Source of the DNA: a virus
Length of the DNA stretch: 64,000 nucleotides
Direction: 5' to 3' (one strand)
Virus record (IMG/VR): IMGVR_UViG_3300032235_001020
Coordinates: 20,981 to 84,980 of that record
Every line of letters begins with the position of its first letter. Position 1 is the first letter of the stretch. Of the stretch, positions 29,603 through 39,167 are shown piece by piece. A program made the position numbers and the translations under genes. The notes beneath the pieces are model-generated. The model was not told where the DNA came from, made no database searches, and was given only the letters and a program-made list of their open reading frames with translations.

Positions 29603-29977
29603 TCAGGCCGCGGTGGTGGCCTTGGCGTCAGCGGTTACGGACTCGGTTGCGGTCTCGGCAGCGGCCAGGCCGTGCTTGACCGCCTTGGTGTAGAGGGTCT
29701 TGGTGTAGACCTCCTTGGCCGAGATCGCGTAGACGCCGGTGGGCGAGGAGACGATCTTGCCGAAGTACAGAGCGCCGGTTTCGGGGCACTCGAACGTGTC
29801 GGCAGGGTTGTCCTTGCCGGCCATCTCGGTGAGGTGGTCGGACTTGAAGCCGGCGTTGATGGCGGTCTCACGGCGAGCCATGCCGCCGTTGCGGTTGGAG
29901 ACCCAGGCCAGTTCGGCGTGGGTCCAGTTGCTGCCGGAGTAGAGGCGAGCGGAGATAGGGCCGAGGTTGAGTTCCAT
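29603..29977 (-). CDS. Hypothetical early protein
   Basis: Downstream of the repeat copy at 30005-30030; GC-rich hairpin at 29565-29595 after the stop. Confidence 0.65.
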   Translation of the reverse strand: MELNLGPISARLYSGSNWTHAELAWVSNRNGGMARRETAINAGFKSDHLTEMAGKDNPADTFECPETGALYFGKIVSSPTGVYAISAKEVYTKTLYTKAVKHGLAAAETATESVTADAKATTAA

Positions 29978-30089
29978 GGTGGGTTGCGAAAGTGATGTGA
30001 AACGAAGCAGGCCCCTTACATGCACTGCTGTAAGAGGCCACAAAAACAAGCAATTAGAATGCAAGCAACGCAGTACGAGTCGTTCCGCG

Positions 30090-30575
30090 ATGCTTCGCGA
30101 CATTGGCGCAAAGATCCAGGGCCTTGATGAGCGCGTGCGCCAGTCATGGGCCGAGCGAGCAATGGATGCCCGCTCCCGGCAATTGCAAGCTTCTTACAAT
30201 GAGCTGTCGGGGCGGATGGGTGGCAAGAGCCCTGACGTTGCCAGCGTGAGCGCTGCAATTGCACATCGACTGCAAGGCTCTCCGGAGGATTACAGCAAGG
30301 TGCTGCAGAGCCGGGCAAAGGGCGCCCAGTCGGGCCGGGAGGCTCTGTACCAGCAAGCGGCTGCGGCAGAGAAGCCTGGCCTGGGAGTTCGGCTCAATGA
30401 CATGCTGTCGGGAACAGATGCCATGAGCCGTGCTGGTCAGGTGGCGACTTACGGCGCCATTGGCGGCGGCACGGTTGCCGGTCTGACGGCTGCCGGTCAG
30501 GGCCTGGTGGCTCTGATGGGTTACCTGCAGCAAGGGCAGCAGGTCGAGGACGAGCGTCAGGCACCGCTGGCCTGA
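30090..30575 (+). CDS. Hypothetical protein with C-terminal Gly/Ala helix
   Basis: TAGAAT at 30055-30060 upstream. Confidence 0.65.
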   Translation: MLRDIGAKIQGLDERVRQSWAERAMDARSRQLQASYNELSGRMGGKSPDVASVSAAIAHRLQGSPEDYSKVLQSRAKGAQSGREALYQQAAAAEKPGLGVRLNDMLSGTDAMSRAGQVATYGAIGGGTVAGLTAAGQGLVALMGYLQQGQQVEDERQAPLA

Positions 30576-30576
30576 T

Positions 30577-30717
30577 GTGGAATCACCGCAGCGCTGGGAA
30601 TGTGAGCTGTGGGTCCGGATCAAGGCCGCCTTGGAAGCAGGTGGCCGTACCCGGACGTCCCATTACGTCATGGCGGAAGAAGCAGTCCGCCTTTGCAAGC
30701 TGAAAAGCCATGGATAG
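30577..30717 (+). CDS. 46-aa paralogue of the 18.8-kb small protein (absent from the ORF track)
   Basis: MESPQRWECELWVRIKAALEAGGRTRTSHYVMAEEAV... Confidence 0.55.
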   Translation: MESPQRWECELWVRIKAALEAGGRTRTSHYVMAEEAVRLCKLKSHG

Positions 30718-31547
30718 CGACTCTCGAGTACCTGCGGGATCTAGGTTTGGACTGGAACCGATGGACATACGCAAGGGCCTAAGTAACGGGTCTTTGAATG
30801 GACTGAGGCTGTCCGCTGCGGTTGGTCCCTTATGGCAAGGGAACCCGATGGCGCCAGAGAACAGTGAGCCGTACTACACGGCAAGTGGTGGATACCAGCC
30901 GGAGCAGGCGTACGGGGCCTAGTCAGTAACAGGCCCCATCAGGCGCCGGAAGTCAGCGGTGAACTGGGCGCAATCGCTGACGGATTCCTCGATGTCGAGG
31001 AGGACGCGGGCCTCTGCTGCGAGGGTGAGGTTGGAGTCGAGCGCCAGGGTGCCGACGATGAAGCGGCGCTCGAGTGATTTGTCGTCGATAAAAAGGTTGG
31101 TAGTGGTCATGAGTGTTCGTCTTGGTAGCGGATTAGAACGGTGCCGAAATAGCCGCCGAAGTCTTCGTCGATGTCGGGCTTGATGTAGGACAGGAAGCCG
31201 TCTTCGGTTGGCTCCTGCTGCTGTTCTTCGCAGTACTCGAGATAGAGGGCGGGTGTGTAGGTGAGGGTCTGGGTGGCCTGGACCTCGGAGATGTTGAAGG
31301 TCATGGGAGATCAGGTGCGGAGGTGTAGGTGGCGGGGGATTCGTAGTTGTTGGCTATTAGTCTGGGAGTTCAGGGTGATCAGGAGTGTCAGTATCAGTAG
31401 AGGATTGTGCGTAGAGGTTGCCCTTGCCGTCGATGAAGAAGCCAAACCCGAAGCCGCCAGCGGCACGGGACTTGGCGTTGAGCTCGGATAGCAGGCGAAG
31501 CATTTGATCCCGGGCGGGATCAGCGCCGTCTGCGGGAACGGGCTTGG

Positions 31548-33239
31548 TCATTGGGCGAGTGCCTCGGATTGTTGTTGCAGCGCCTGTTGCATGCCTTGCT
31601 GATAGAGCAGGCGTTGGTCGGCGCTGAGTGATTGGTTGGAGGTGGAGACGACCTGGTCGGTAAGGAGCTGACCGTCGCGGTGGCTGAGCTGGATGGTGAA
31701 GGTGGGCTTGCCGTTGACCATGCCGAGGACGATGAAGTTCTGGAACTTCTTGATGCGATCGGCATAGGCACCATTACCGACGCAATTGCGTACGGCGGTG
31801 CCCCACTCAGCCAGCTGGTGGACGGAGTTGGGCTGAAAGAAAGAGACGCGGTCATCGCTGAGGGTGACGCGAACGGGCTCGGGGAAAAGATCCTGAGGCA
31901 GTGGTGCATCAGGAGTCTTGAGTTTCCAGAGCCGCTCTTCTAGCTGGCGATTGAGATCAGCAAGGCGCAGGCGCTTGGGCCTGGGTAGCTCACGCACGCC
32001 GACCCAGCGCTGCTTTTCGTCTGACCAGGTCATGCCGTAGGTGATGTATTCAGCAAGTTGATGGTTGAACCTGTGGATGTCTGAGAGCCAGCAGTTGTCA
32101 TGCTCTTCAGCGGAGCGGCGCATCCAGTGCACGAAGGTGGCCAGGGGCAGGTGCTCCCTGATCCAGGCGATCACGGGGTTCTCGCCAAAATGCCGGAAGC
32201 CGCTCTGGCCGTAGCGCCAGTTAGCGCGGGTGATGTTGTCGAACGACAGGCGGCGGTTGATCTGTTCGCTGAATGCCCAGAGCGCTTGAAGGTGATCAAG
32301 GCTGGCGTCGGGCCAGATCTCAGTGATGGGCTGGAGGCCTCCACACTGTTGCCTGAGAGCGATCCATTGATTGCGGACTTGGTGAGGCGATGCCACCGGA
32401 GCGTCGTACTCGGCGAGTATGTCGTTGAGCTTGCCTTGGATCTGGTTGCGGAACCAGGGCGTATCAACGAGGGTGCCTTTGAGGAAGTCGGAGTGGGATG
32501 GCACCCAGCCCGCCGGGGCGTCCGTAATGCGCAGGATGGAGGCCCAGGTGTCCTGGACGCGAGCGAAGGGGCAGGAGCCCTGCTCTGCCCAGGACTTGCT
32601 GAGCATGGACTTGGCGTAGCGGTGGACGCGGTCGCCGGTCTGCTGGATGAACTCGCTGTTGGAGCAAGCGGCGCGACCGTTGTCTTGGCCAACGGTCCAG
32701 ATGTTGGCGACGTGGAGATAGCGGGTGTCCGAGGCGACGCTGGCTTCCGTGAAATACCAGCGGCGCACTTTGAAGGTGGAGCGACTGCACTCGAGGATCT
32801 CGGCGGCCTCGTCGTCGAAAGGGTTAGAGCCGGGCGCTCCCTCGTAGAGGAAAAGCCGGTGCGGCAGTGAGGCTGCGCCTGGCCTGGCGGCCCATGCCAG
32901 ATGTAGTCCCTCGGTGGGATCGGCGTAGGCGGCGACCCAGAGTTTACGGCCGTCCCCGGCATTGACATGCCAGACGGCGGCTTTGAAGTTGGCGTCATCA
33001 TCGAGCCAGTGCTCGTGCTGACGAATGGCAGGTGAGTTGTTGATGGTTTGTAGCGCCCGCAGGAAGGCGTCTGCCGGGACGATCTCGGGAGGGATCAGTC
33101 CGACCGGCAGGCCAAGCGGGTAAGCAGGACCCCGTGTGGCCGAGCGCTGGGCAGCGGCCTCGGCCTTAAGTCTGCTACGCAGGGCGGGGTCGTACTTGGC
33201 GATGCGCTGCTGGAGATTGGCGGATACGGTGAATTGCAT
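31548..33239 (-). CDS. PcfJ-like domain protein
   Basis: C-terminal LAEWGTAVRNCVG..YADRI...FTIQL. Confidence 0.75.
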   Translation of the reverse strand: MQFTVSANLQQRIAKYDPALRSRLKAEAAAQRSATRGPAYPLGLPVGLIPPEIVPADAFLRALQTINNSPAIRQHEHWLDDDANFKAAVWHVNAGDGRKLWVAAYADPTEGLHLAWAARPGAASLPHRLFLYEGAPGSNPFDDEAAEILECSRSTFKVRRWYFTEASVASDTRYLHVANIWTVGQDNGRAACSNSEFIQQTGDRVHRYAKSMLSKSWAEQGSCPFARVQDTWASILRITDAPAGWVPSHSDFLKGTLVDTPWFRNQIQGKLNDILAEYDAPVASPHQVRNQWIALRQQCGGLQPITEIWPDASLDHLQALWAFSEQINRRLSFDNITRANWRYGQSGFRHFGENPVIAWIREHLPLATFVHWMRRSAEEHDNCWLSDIHRFNHQLAEYITYGMTWSDEKQRWVGVRELPRPKRLRLADLNRQLEERLWKLKTPDAPLPQDLFPEPVRVTLSDDRVSFFQPNSVHQLAEWGTAVRNCVGNGAYADRIKKFQNFIVLGMVNGKPTFTIQLSHRDGQLLTDQVVSTSNQSLSADQRLLYQQGMQQALQQQSEALAQ

Positions 33240-33287
33240 GGTTCGACGTGGGTTGCGTTACGTGTGTCGTGGCAGGCAGATTGGCAT

Positions 33288-33322
33288 AAAAAGAAGCCCT
33301 GCTAGCGGGGTGCTGGCAGGGC
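33288..33322 (-). terminator. Rho-independent terminator
   Basis: GCCCTGC(T/C)AGC 11-bp stem + T-rich tail. Confidence 0.75.
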
Positions 33323-33596
33323 GGGAATCAGAAGGCAGGAGCGGGCCATGCGTAGCGCTCTTCGAGGGTGCGCTCGTAGATGGCCTCCAGGACTTCGATG
33401 CGTTCGTCGTCGAGTTCATCGCCGTGGTCTTCGTCGGAGGTGACGATGACCTCGCCGGGGAAGAGCTGCTCGAGGATCAGGCCGATGGGCTCGAGCTGGT
33501 CGGGGGTGCCGCGCACGGAGAGGCGGACGCGGCGATCGGGGCAGTACTGAGTGAGGACCATGTGTTTGTTGAGAATAGTTTGCAGTAAGAGTTGAA

Positions 33597-33881
33597 TCAG
33601 GCGGTGAAGCCAGCGACGGCACGGGACTTCGCCTTAGGAGCGGCGGTCCGTGCCTTGGGCTTGGCAGTGCTGATGTGCTGCGGGCGTGCGGGCTGGCATT
33701 CGATGACCAGGGTCTCGAGCTGCGGGGGTACGGTGCTTTCCCGTACTGGAGTCCTGGGCTCGGAGAAAAGGTCTTCGATGCCGGGGAAGAAGTTCTTCAG
33801 GCCCGGCCAGAGCAGGCGCTGCCAGAAGACGGTTGCTATTGCTGCGGTCCAGGCCGCGATGGTGATGATGGTGTTGCGCAT
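33597..33881 (-). CDS. Small early protein with N-terminal hydrophobic segment
   Basis: MRNTIITIAAW...; follows the repeat copy at 33901-33968. Confidence 0.6.
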   Translation of the reverse strand: MRNTIITIAAWTAAIATVFWQRLLWPGLKNFFPGIEDLFSEPRTPVRESTVPPQLETLVIECQPARPQHISTAKPKARTAAPKAKSRAVAGFTA

Positions 33882-34234
33882 GGTGGTTGCGAAAGAGCGA
33901 AGGAAGGGGCGCCCCATGCACGGCTGCAGGGGCGCAGTAAAAAACCCCACCCGGCAGGCCGAGTGGGGTGTGAGGTGAGATGGGGACTGGCGACTAGCAG
34001 CAGAGCCAGATGGGAATCCCGAGTTGGGTCTGTCCCACCCGTTGACAGCGCATGAGGTCCGGGGACACCCAGGCAGCGACGTGGAAGCAGCTGCTCTGGG
34101 CGATGGCAGTCGAGGGGGCTAGTGCCAGTAGGGCGAGGAGTGGGAAGAGGTAGCGCATGGGGGCGTAGTCAGTGGAGGAAGAATAGAGCAAAGGAATTTC
34201 TTGCGATCAGAAGGTATAAGAAGTACTGGGGAGC

Positions 34235-34732
34235 TCAGAAGGCGACTTCTTCGCTGGTGGGCTCGGCGTAGGGCTTGAGGGTTTCGGGCTCAGCTACGGG
34301 AGCTGAGTTGAGGACCTCGATGCGCTGAGCGCGGAGTTGTCTGCGGAAGGCGACGGGGTAGCCGCGTTCGTTGCGGGTGATCTCGCCGTAGACGGTCCAG
34401 TAGCCGCTGATGGCGACCCTGGCCCATTCGGTGGTGTTCGCGATCTGCTGGATTTCAGTCGCGATGGGCACACCGTTGTCGGTGGCGATGATCGAGTCGA
34501 TGGGCAGGTCGACGCGGATTTCCTTGCCAGCGCGGTTGTCGCTGGTGGAGTTGGTGAGGATGGCCGAGACGGTGAACTTGCCGCCATCGGGACGGGAGAT
34601 GTCCTTCACGGCTTTGAGCATGCCGACGAGTCGGACCATGCCAGCCGTCTTGGGATCTCCGTTCGAGGTGGCGAGTTGTGCTTCGAGCTCGTTGATGCGA
34701 GCTTCGAGGTCGGCCTTGGTGGCGATTGCCAT
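34235..34732 (-). CDS. OB-fold/SSB-like early protein
   Basis: Beta-strand pattern RLVGMLK...VAISGYW...LRAQRIEVL; acidic tail ending EEVAF. Confidence 0.5.
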   Translation of the reverse strand: MAIATKADLEARINELEAQLATSNGDPKTAGMVRLVGMLKAVKDISRPDGGKFTVSAILTNSTSDNRAGKEIRVDLPIDSIIATDNGVPIATEIQQIANTTEWARVAISGYWTVYGEITRNERGYPVAFRRQLRAQRIEVLNSAPVAEPETLKPYAEPTSEEVAF

Positions 34733-34861
34733 GGGTGGTGCCGGCGGCGCCGGTGCGAAAGAACCACGCCTCATGTCAGGCAGCGTCAATGCACTGCTGA
34801 AAGGAGGCAATAAAAAAGCCCCCACCCGCAAAAGCGAGTGAGGGCATGTGTGTGCTCGAGC

Positions 34862-35134
34862 TCAGAAGGGGCAAACGTCCAGCTCGAGCTGGTGTATTGC
34901 CGGCCGATTGAGGTTGGCGAGCTCCTGGCACCAGGCGATATGCCGGCGCTGGAGATCACCGAGCGGGTGGCCGTCCATGATCTGGTCGATCATGGCGTTG
35001 AGGTGCTCGCGTGCGACTTCGATCTCCTGGGAGATCTCGCCGTGGAGCTTGCGGCCATCGTCGGTGATGGTGACGCCAGCGCGCGCCAGGAGGCGAAGTT
35101 GCTGGCTGAGACGGTAGAGCTTGCCTTCCGTCAT
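34862..35134 (-). CDS. Hypothetical early protein (cassette)
   Basis: Lies between two repeat copies. Confidence 0.7.
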   Translation of the reverse strand: MTEGKLYRLSQQLRLLARAGVTITDDGRKLHGEISQEIEVAREHLNAMIDQIMDGHPLGDLQRRHIAWCQELANLNRPAIHQLELDVCPF

Positions 35135-35258
35135 GGTGGTAACCGGGGATCCCGGGGCGAAAGAACCACATGCCGTCAGTCAGGTAGCGCGTATGCACTG
35201 CTGAAAGAGGGCAATAAAAAAAGCCCCCACCCCGGGTAAGCGGAGTGAGGGCTGTGGA

Positions 35259-35426
35259 TCAGAGGTGGAGAGGAGGCGCGTCGACTGCGGCCATGTACTC
35301 ATCGAAGGTGAGTACGTAGGGGCTGTGGTAGTCGGCCTCCTCTTTGGAGGAGTGGAGTCTTGCGGCCCAGCCGGAGTCGGGATCGGTGGGATCGACGGGC
35401 TCGTAGGCGACGAAGAGGTTGGACAC
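35259..35426 (-). CDS. 55-aa early protein (cassette)
   Basis: GTG 3 nt after CCTAACT; MSNLFVAYEPVDP... Confidence 0.65.
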   Translation of the reverse strand: MSNLFVAYEPVDPTDPDSGWAARLHSSKEEADYHSPYVLTFDEYMAAVDAPPLHL

Positions 35427-35512
35427 CGTAGTTAGGCAGCGCGAATGCACTGCTGAAAGAGGGCAATAAAAAAGCCCCCACCCCGGTAAGCGGAGTGAGG
35501 GCGAGGGCGTGG

Positions 35513-35710
35513 TCAGCGGAAGAGATGTGGTGTCTTGACGGGGTTGATGAGGCCGAGGCCGTAGAGGGCGAAGCCGACTGCGACACCAGCGCCGCCGATG
35601 AGGCCATGGGCGCCGAAGAGTAGATAGCCAATGCCGCCATAGATGAGGCAGCCGAGGGCGAGTCCACCGAGAGAGCCGAGGACGTAGCCGAACCAGATGG
35701 GGAGGGTCAC
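35513..35710 (-). CDS. Small Gly-rich membrane protein (cassette)
   Basis: GTG 3 nt after CCTAACT; two hydrophobic helices. Confidence 0.7.
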   Translation of the reverse strand: MTLPIWFGYVLGSLGGLALGCLIYGGIGYLLFGAHGLIGGAGVAVGFALYGLGLINPVKTPHLFR

Positions 35711-35806
35711 CGGAGTTAGGCAGCGCAAATGCACTGCTGTTGGAGGTCAATAGAAAAGCCCCCACCCCGGACAAGCGGAGTGAGGGCTAGGACCCACAAG
35801 GAGAAG

Positions 35807-35986
35807 TTAACGAGTTGCCAGATAGGTCCGGCAGAACTCGAGGTGGGCGGCGTGCTGGTGGACGGGCCAGTTCTGCTGGGCGCATTGAGCGCGGGTGGCG
35901 GTGTCGAGTTGAGCGACTGCGGAGTGGATGCCGGCGATGACGAGGACGGGGGTGGCGATGAAGAAAGCGAGGAGAGCGCGTGTCAT
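35807..35986 (-). CDS. Small protein with hydrophobic N-terminus (cassette)
   Basis: ATG 3 nt after CCTGACT; QC...WPVHQH..H.EFC. Confidence 0.7.
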   Translation of the reverse strand: MTRALLAFFIATPVLVIAGIHSAVAQLDTATRAQCAQQNWPVHQHAAHLEFCRTYLATR

Positions 35987-36019
35987 CGGAGTCAGGCAGC
36001 GCGTATGCACTGCTGTTAA

Positions 36020-36830
36020 GGGTCACACCCCTGAACCCGCTCCTGTTAACGCGCGTGGCGTGTACCCTTGGCGTGATTTAACAGCGGAGAGGGGTCCAAG
36101 CACGGCGCGACGCGAGCGGGGAGAAGGGTGTGCGGCAGAGCAGATGCGGGGTGGAGCGTGTCGTGGTGAGTAACCTCCAGCGGAGAGAGAGTGGAGGCGT
36201 GTGGAATGTGCGGAGAGTAAAACAGAGAGCACAATAGAAGCATTGGGTAATACCGCGGCGCGCTAGAATAGGGGCACGAAGAGAGCAGCGCATCCCTCAA
36301 ACCCACGGTGGGCATTGAGTTTGGCGCCGAGAGCGGAAGAGTGAGCGGGGGTATGAGAGAGCGCGAGGGTCGTAGTTACGCGTGTGTGCGTAGCGTGTCA
36401 GATGCGCGTGCTGTTGTATAGCAAGCGATTGCATGTGCAGTTGCGTGTGAAAGCTTAAGAAGCGTGCGCGTGTGGAAGCGTTAGAGCGCGTTGCATTTGA
36501 GTGTGCAACTGTAAGCAGCGGTTGTTCATATGTACCGTTGCTGTACCGTTGCCCTGCGTTCGCTTGCTGCTGCTCGCTTCTGCTGGCAGAAGGGCGCGCG
36601 CGTCTACTTCTTTTTTTTGTTTGGGCGCAGACGCAACCTGACGGGGGTGTTTGATGCGTACCGCGCGGCGCAGCAAAAAATTAGGTCTCTCCAGGGGAGC
36701 GGCCTTGCTTTAGGGCGACGCTTCCTCGTGTGAAATTTGGGCGTTTTACACGGCACGGGAATGCGCGCGCCGCGCAGGTGTGACGCATGAGTCTCGATAG
36801 ACTTGTCTTACGTACTGAATACCGGCTTGC
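36020..36830. other. Non-coding divergence region; candidate genome end / packaging site
   Basis: No credible ORF; early genes point left and late genes right; RY-alternating tracts, T8 run, tandem TGTACCGTTGC. Confidence 0.55.
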
Positions 36831-36833
36831 GGT

Positions 36834-39167
36834 ATGGCACCTCGGGACCCCGCTGATTTATATCGTCAGCTGGTTGGGTTGGAGACACCTCAACCTGCAA
36901 ATATCGTGGGGTTGCCTGCACCTAACGAGCCAAATAATTACTACGTCACTCCACGCGGCTACGAGACGCTGATCAGTGGGACGGCCTACACCGACGAGGA
37001 CGGACGCCGCGCTGGTTACCGGCCCGCATCCCGCCTGGATAGCAAGGATCGCCTGAGTCGCTCGAGCAATTGGGCTAGCACCGAGCGCCCTGGCCCGGGT
37101 CGGGAGGCCGACCGGGCTGCCGAAAAAGCAGAGGCTCTGCTGCAGCGTGTCATGGGTAACCGCGGGGGCGTGGTGAGCGACCCGGATATTCCCGATCTCG
37201 AGGCCGCCGCTAATGCACTCCTGGGCGAGGAGCCGATTAGTGCCCGCACCATCGACGAATCCGTAAGCCCCAATGAGCTGACCGGCGCGTTCGCTTCAGA
37301 GGACCCCACTGAATACGCGGCGCGCAAGCAGATCTCCGCTGACATCAACCCGTACTACACCGTCGAAGTTCCAGCTCGCGTCGCTCGCGAAGGTGGCCGC
37401 AGTGGCACCTGGACCGTAGAGACCGCCCAGGGATTCCGTCCGGCCATTGCGCGCATTGATCCCTCGCAGGTCATCGATTCCGAGGTTCTGAACCGGCGCA
37501 AGGGGCGCGACGGTTCCTTCACTGGCGAGTCGGACAACACCGCGTCATTCCAGCGCGAACGCCCGATCACCATTGGCGACCTCGTTAAAGAGGCCATGAA
37601 CGAAGAGCGCACGCCCGTGATCACGGCTAGCGCTCTGGAGGCTGCCCGTTCCGCTGGTCGCGCGCGTTCGCTCCCGGCTGGCGAGCGAGACCGGAACTTG
37701 GTTGGCTACATGCGCCCACCGGGCTCGGATAGCGAGGTGCCTGTTTACGCCGTCACTGATGCAGAAGGCGATCGCAAGGTCACGGAGGTGACTCGGCCCG
37801 ACCCGAAAGACCCATTGCGCAAGGTGGTTACCGAGCTGGAGGAGTATTTCCGTGTCGGCGGCCCCTATAACCGCGACAGCACCGCGATTCGCGAGCAGAT
37901 CGCCCCGGCGCTGGGGGTCACGGCAGACGGCCAATACGGCCCTGCGCCGGTCCTGGGCAACCAGTGGGACCGGACTTACGCCGAAAAGACGTTCCAAAGT
38001 CCCAAATTCGAGGGATTTCTGCGTGAACTGGCCGGCGGGTCCTTCATGCAGGAGCCCGACGAGGCGGCGTCCTCCTACAAGTTGCTCGCACAGGCCCTGA
38101 TCACGGGCCAAATGGAGGTCCCAGGCCAGAAACCGGGTACCACTCAGGCGATTCCAGTGGATCGTCAGGCGCTTTTGGCGCTGAAATCGGACGATGGCCG
38201 CCCCCTCTTCGCTCCTGGCTCCAGCGCACGCACCCTGCTGGGGCAAGCGGTGTCGGAATTGCGCGGCGGGCGGGAAGTAGACCTCTTCTCCGAGGCCTCG
38301 ATTGGTGAATTGGGCAACGATTTGGCCTCCGTACAGCGCGGAGAGGCCTCAATCCTTGATCTGATCCGCCAACTCCAGGGCAACAGCAGTGGCCAGGCCG
38401 CTGAGGCTGCGGCCGGTGAGCTATTCGGCTTTGAGGGTGGTGACTCGGACGCAGCGGGTGACACTCTGCAGGGTCGATATGGCGATTTCGGTGATGTCCC
38501 TGGTGGGGTATCAGTGAAATCGGCTCCTGCTGGGCCCGTAGACGCCCTAGATCGGGCGGCCATTGCGCTCACTGGCGATCTTGGCCAGGGTTTGTACCTC
38601 GCTGATGTCGCTCGCCGGAGTTCGGCACCAGGCCGCAGCAGTGGCACCAATGCGTACGGCACCACCGTGGGTCCCATAAAGGAGACTCCCGCCCGCGATC
38701 CCATGGCCACGCTCCTGGAGCTGACCGGAAAACGCGCCCCCGTCGAAGCAACACCCGGTCCCCAGCAAATTCGCCGCAAGTATCAGAACGACTTTGCGTC
38801 GATCAGCGGTACGGGAAGGCACGTTCGCGGTCAGCGCGGTTACAACATGATGGCCGAGGGCCTTGGTGCCAGCGTCGGCTCGCCCGCGCAGGAAAAAGCC
38901 ATGGCTCTCCTGGCTGGACGCCTTTCTGCTCAGCGGGAATCCCAGCGCGACAGCTTTCCGGGTGTTGCAGGGGGGATGCCCGCTGCACCGGCGACAACTC
39001 CAGCAGGGTTACTGGAGGGCACGATGTTGAATGCCCCCGTCATTCCCGCCAAAGACCCTGAGGCAATGGAGCGCCAGGCCGGGGTTCAGCGACTCCAGCG
39101 CCGCCGCCAGGGATATACCGGTGGGATCGCTGATCGCTTCGTCGAGAACTTCGGCCAACTGGGATGA
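36834..39167 (+). CDS. Large hypothetical late protein
   Basis: 777-aa ORF after TAGACT at 36798-36803. Confidence 0.75.
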   Translation: MAPRDPADLYRQLVGLETPQPANIVGLPAPNEPNNYYVTPRGYETLISGTAYTDEDGRRAGYRPASRLDSKDRLSRSSNWASTERPGPGREADRAAEKAEALLQRVMGNRGGVVSDPDIPDLEAAANALLGEEPISARTIDESVSPNELTGAFASEDPTEYAARKQISADINPYYTVEVPARVAREGGRSGTWTVETAQGFRPAIARIDPSQVIDSEVLNRRKGRDGSFTGESDNTASFQRERPITIGDLVKEAMNEERTPVITASALEAARSAGRARSLPAGERDRNLVGYMRPPGSDSEVPVYAVTDAEGDRKVTEVTRPDPKDPLRKVVTELEEYFRVGGPYNRDSTAIREQIAPALGVTADGQYGPAPVLGNQWDRTYAEKTFQSPKFEGFLRELAGGSFMQEPDEAASSYKLLAQALITGQMEVPGQKPGTTQAIPVDRQALLALKSDDGRPLFAPGSSARTLLGQAVSELRGGREVDLFSEASIGELGNDLASVQRGEASILDLIRQLQGNSSGQAAEAAAGELFGFEGGDSDAAGDTLQGRYGDFGDVPGGVSVKSAPAGPVDALDRAAIALTGDLGQGLYLADVARRSSAPGRSSGTNAYGTTVGPIKETPARDPMATLLELTGKRAPVEATPGPQQIRRKYQNDFASISGTGRHVRGQRGYNMMAEGLGASVGSPAQEKAMALLAGRLSAQRESQRDSFPGVAGGMPAAPATTPAGLLEGTMLNAPVIPAKDPEAMERQAGVQRLQRRRQGYTGGIADRFVENFGQLG

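Larger units (their letters stand above)
33901..36015 (-). repeat. Array of dispersed terminator + CAGCAGTGCAT-N8-CCTRACT repeats separating small genes
   Basis: Copies at 33901-33968, 34774-34845, 35178-35252, 35430-35502, 35714-35787 and 35990-36015 (last copy lacks the terminator). Confidence 0.92.

Noticed and set aside
34774-36015. The repeat read on the + strand (AGGCAGCGCGTATGCA) fits the sigma54 GG-N10-GC spacing
   Set aside because: It would point antisense to every adjacent gene, and cyanobacteria lack sigma54; treated as coincidence.
33901-36015. CRISPR array or integron attC interpretation of the repeats
   Set aside because: The intervals are 200-800 nt and contain ORFs, there are no cas genes or integrase in the window, and there are no RYYYAAC/GTTRRRY ends.
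35259-36315. ORF-track calls spanning the repeats (35259-35774, 35299-35667, 36023-36232, 36046-36315)
   Set aside because: They read through terminators and repeat elements or lie in the non-coding region; shorter starts directly after the repeat fit better.
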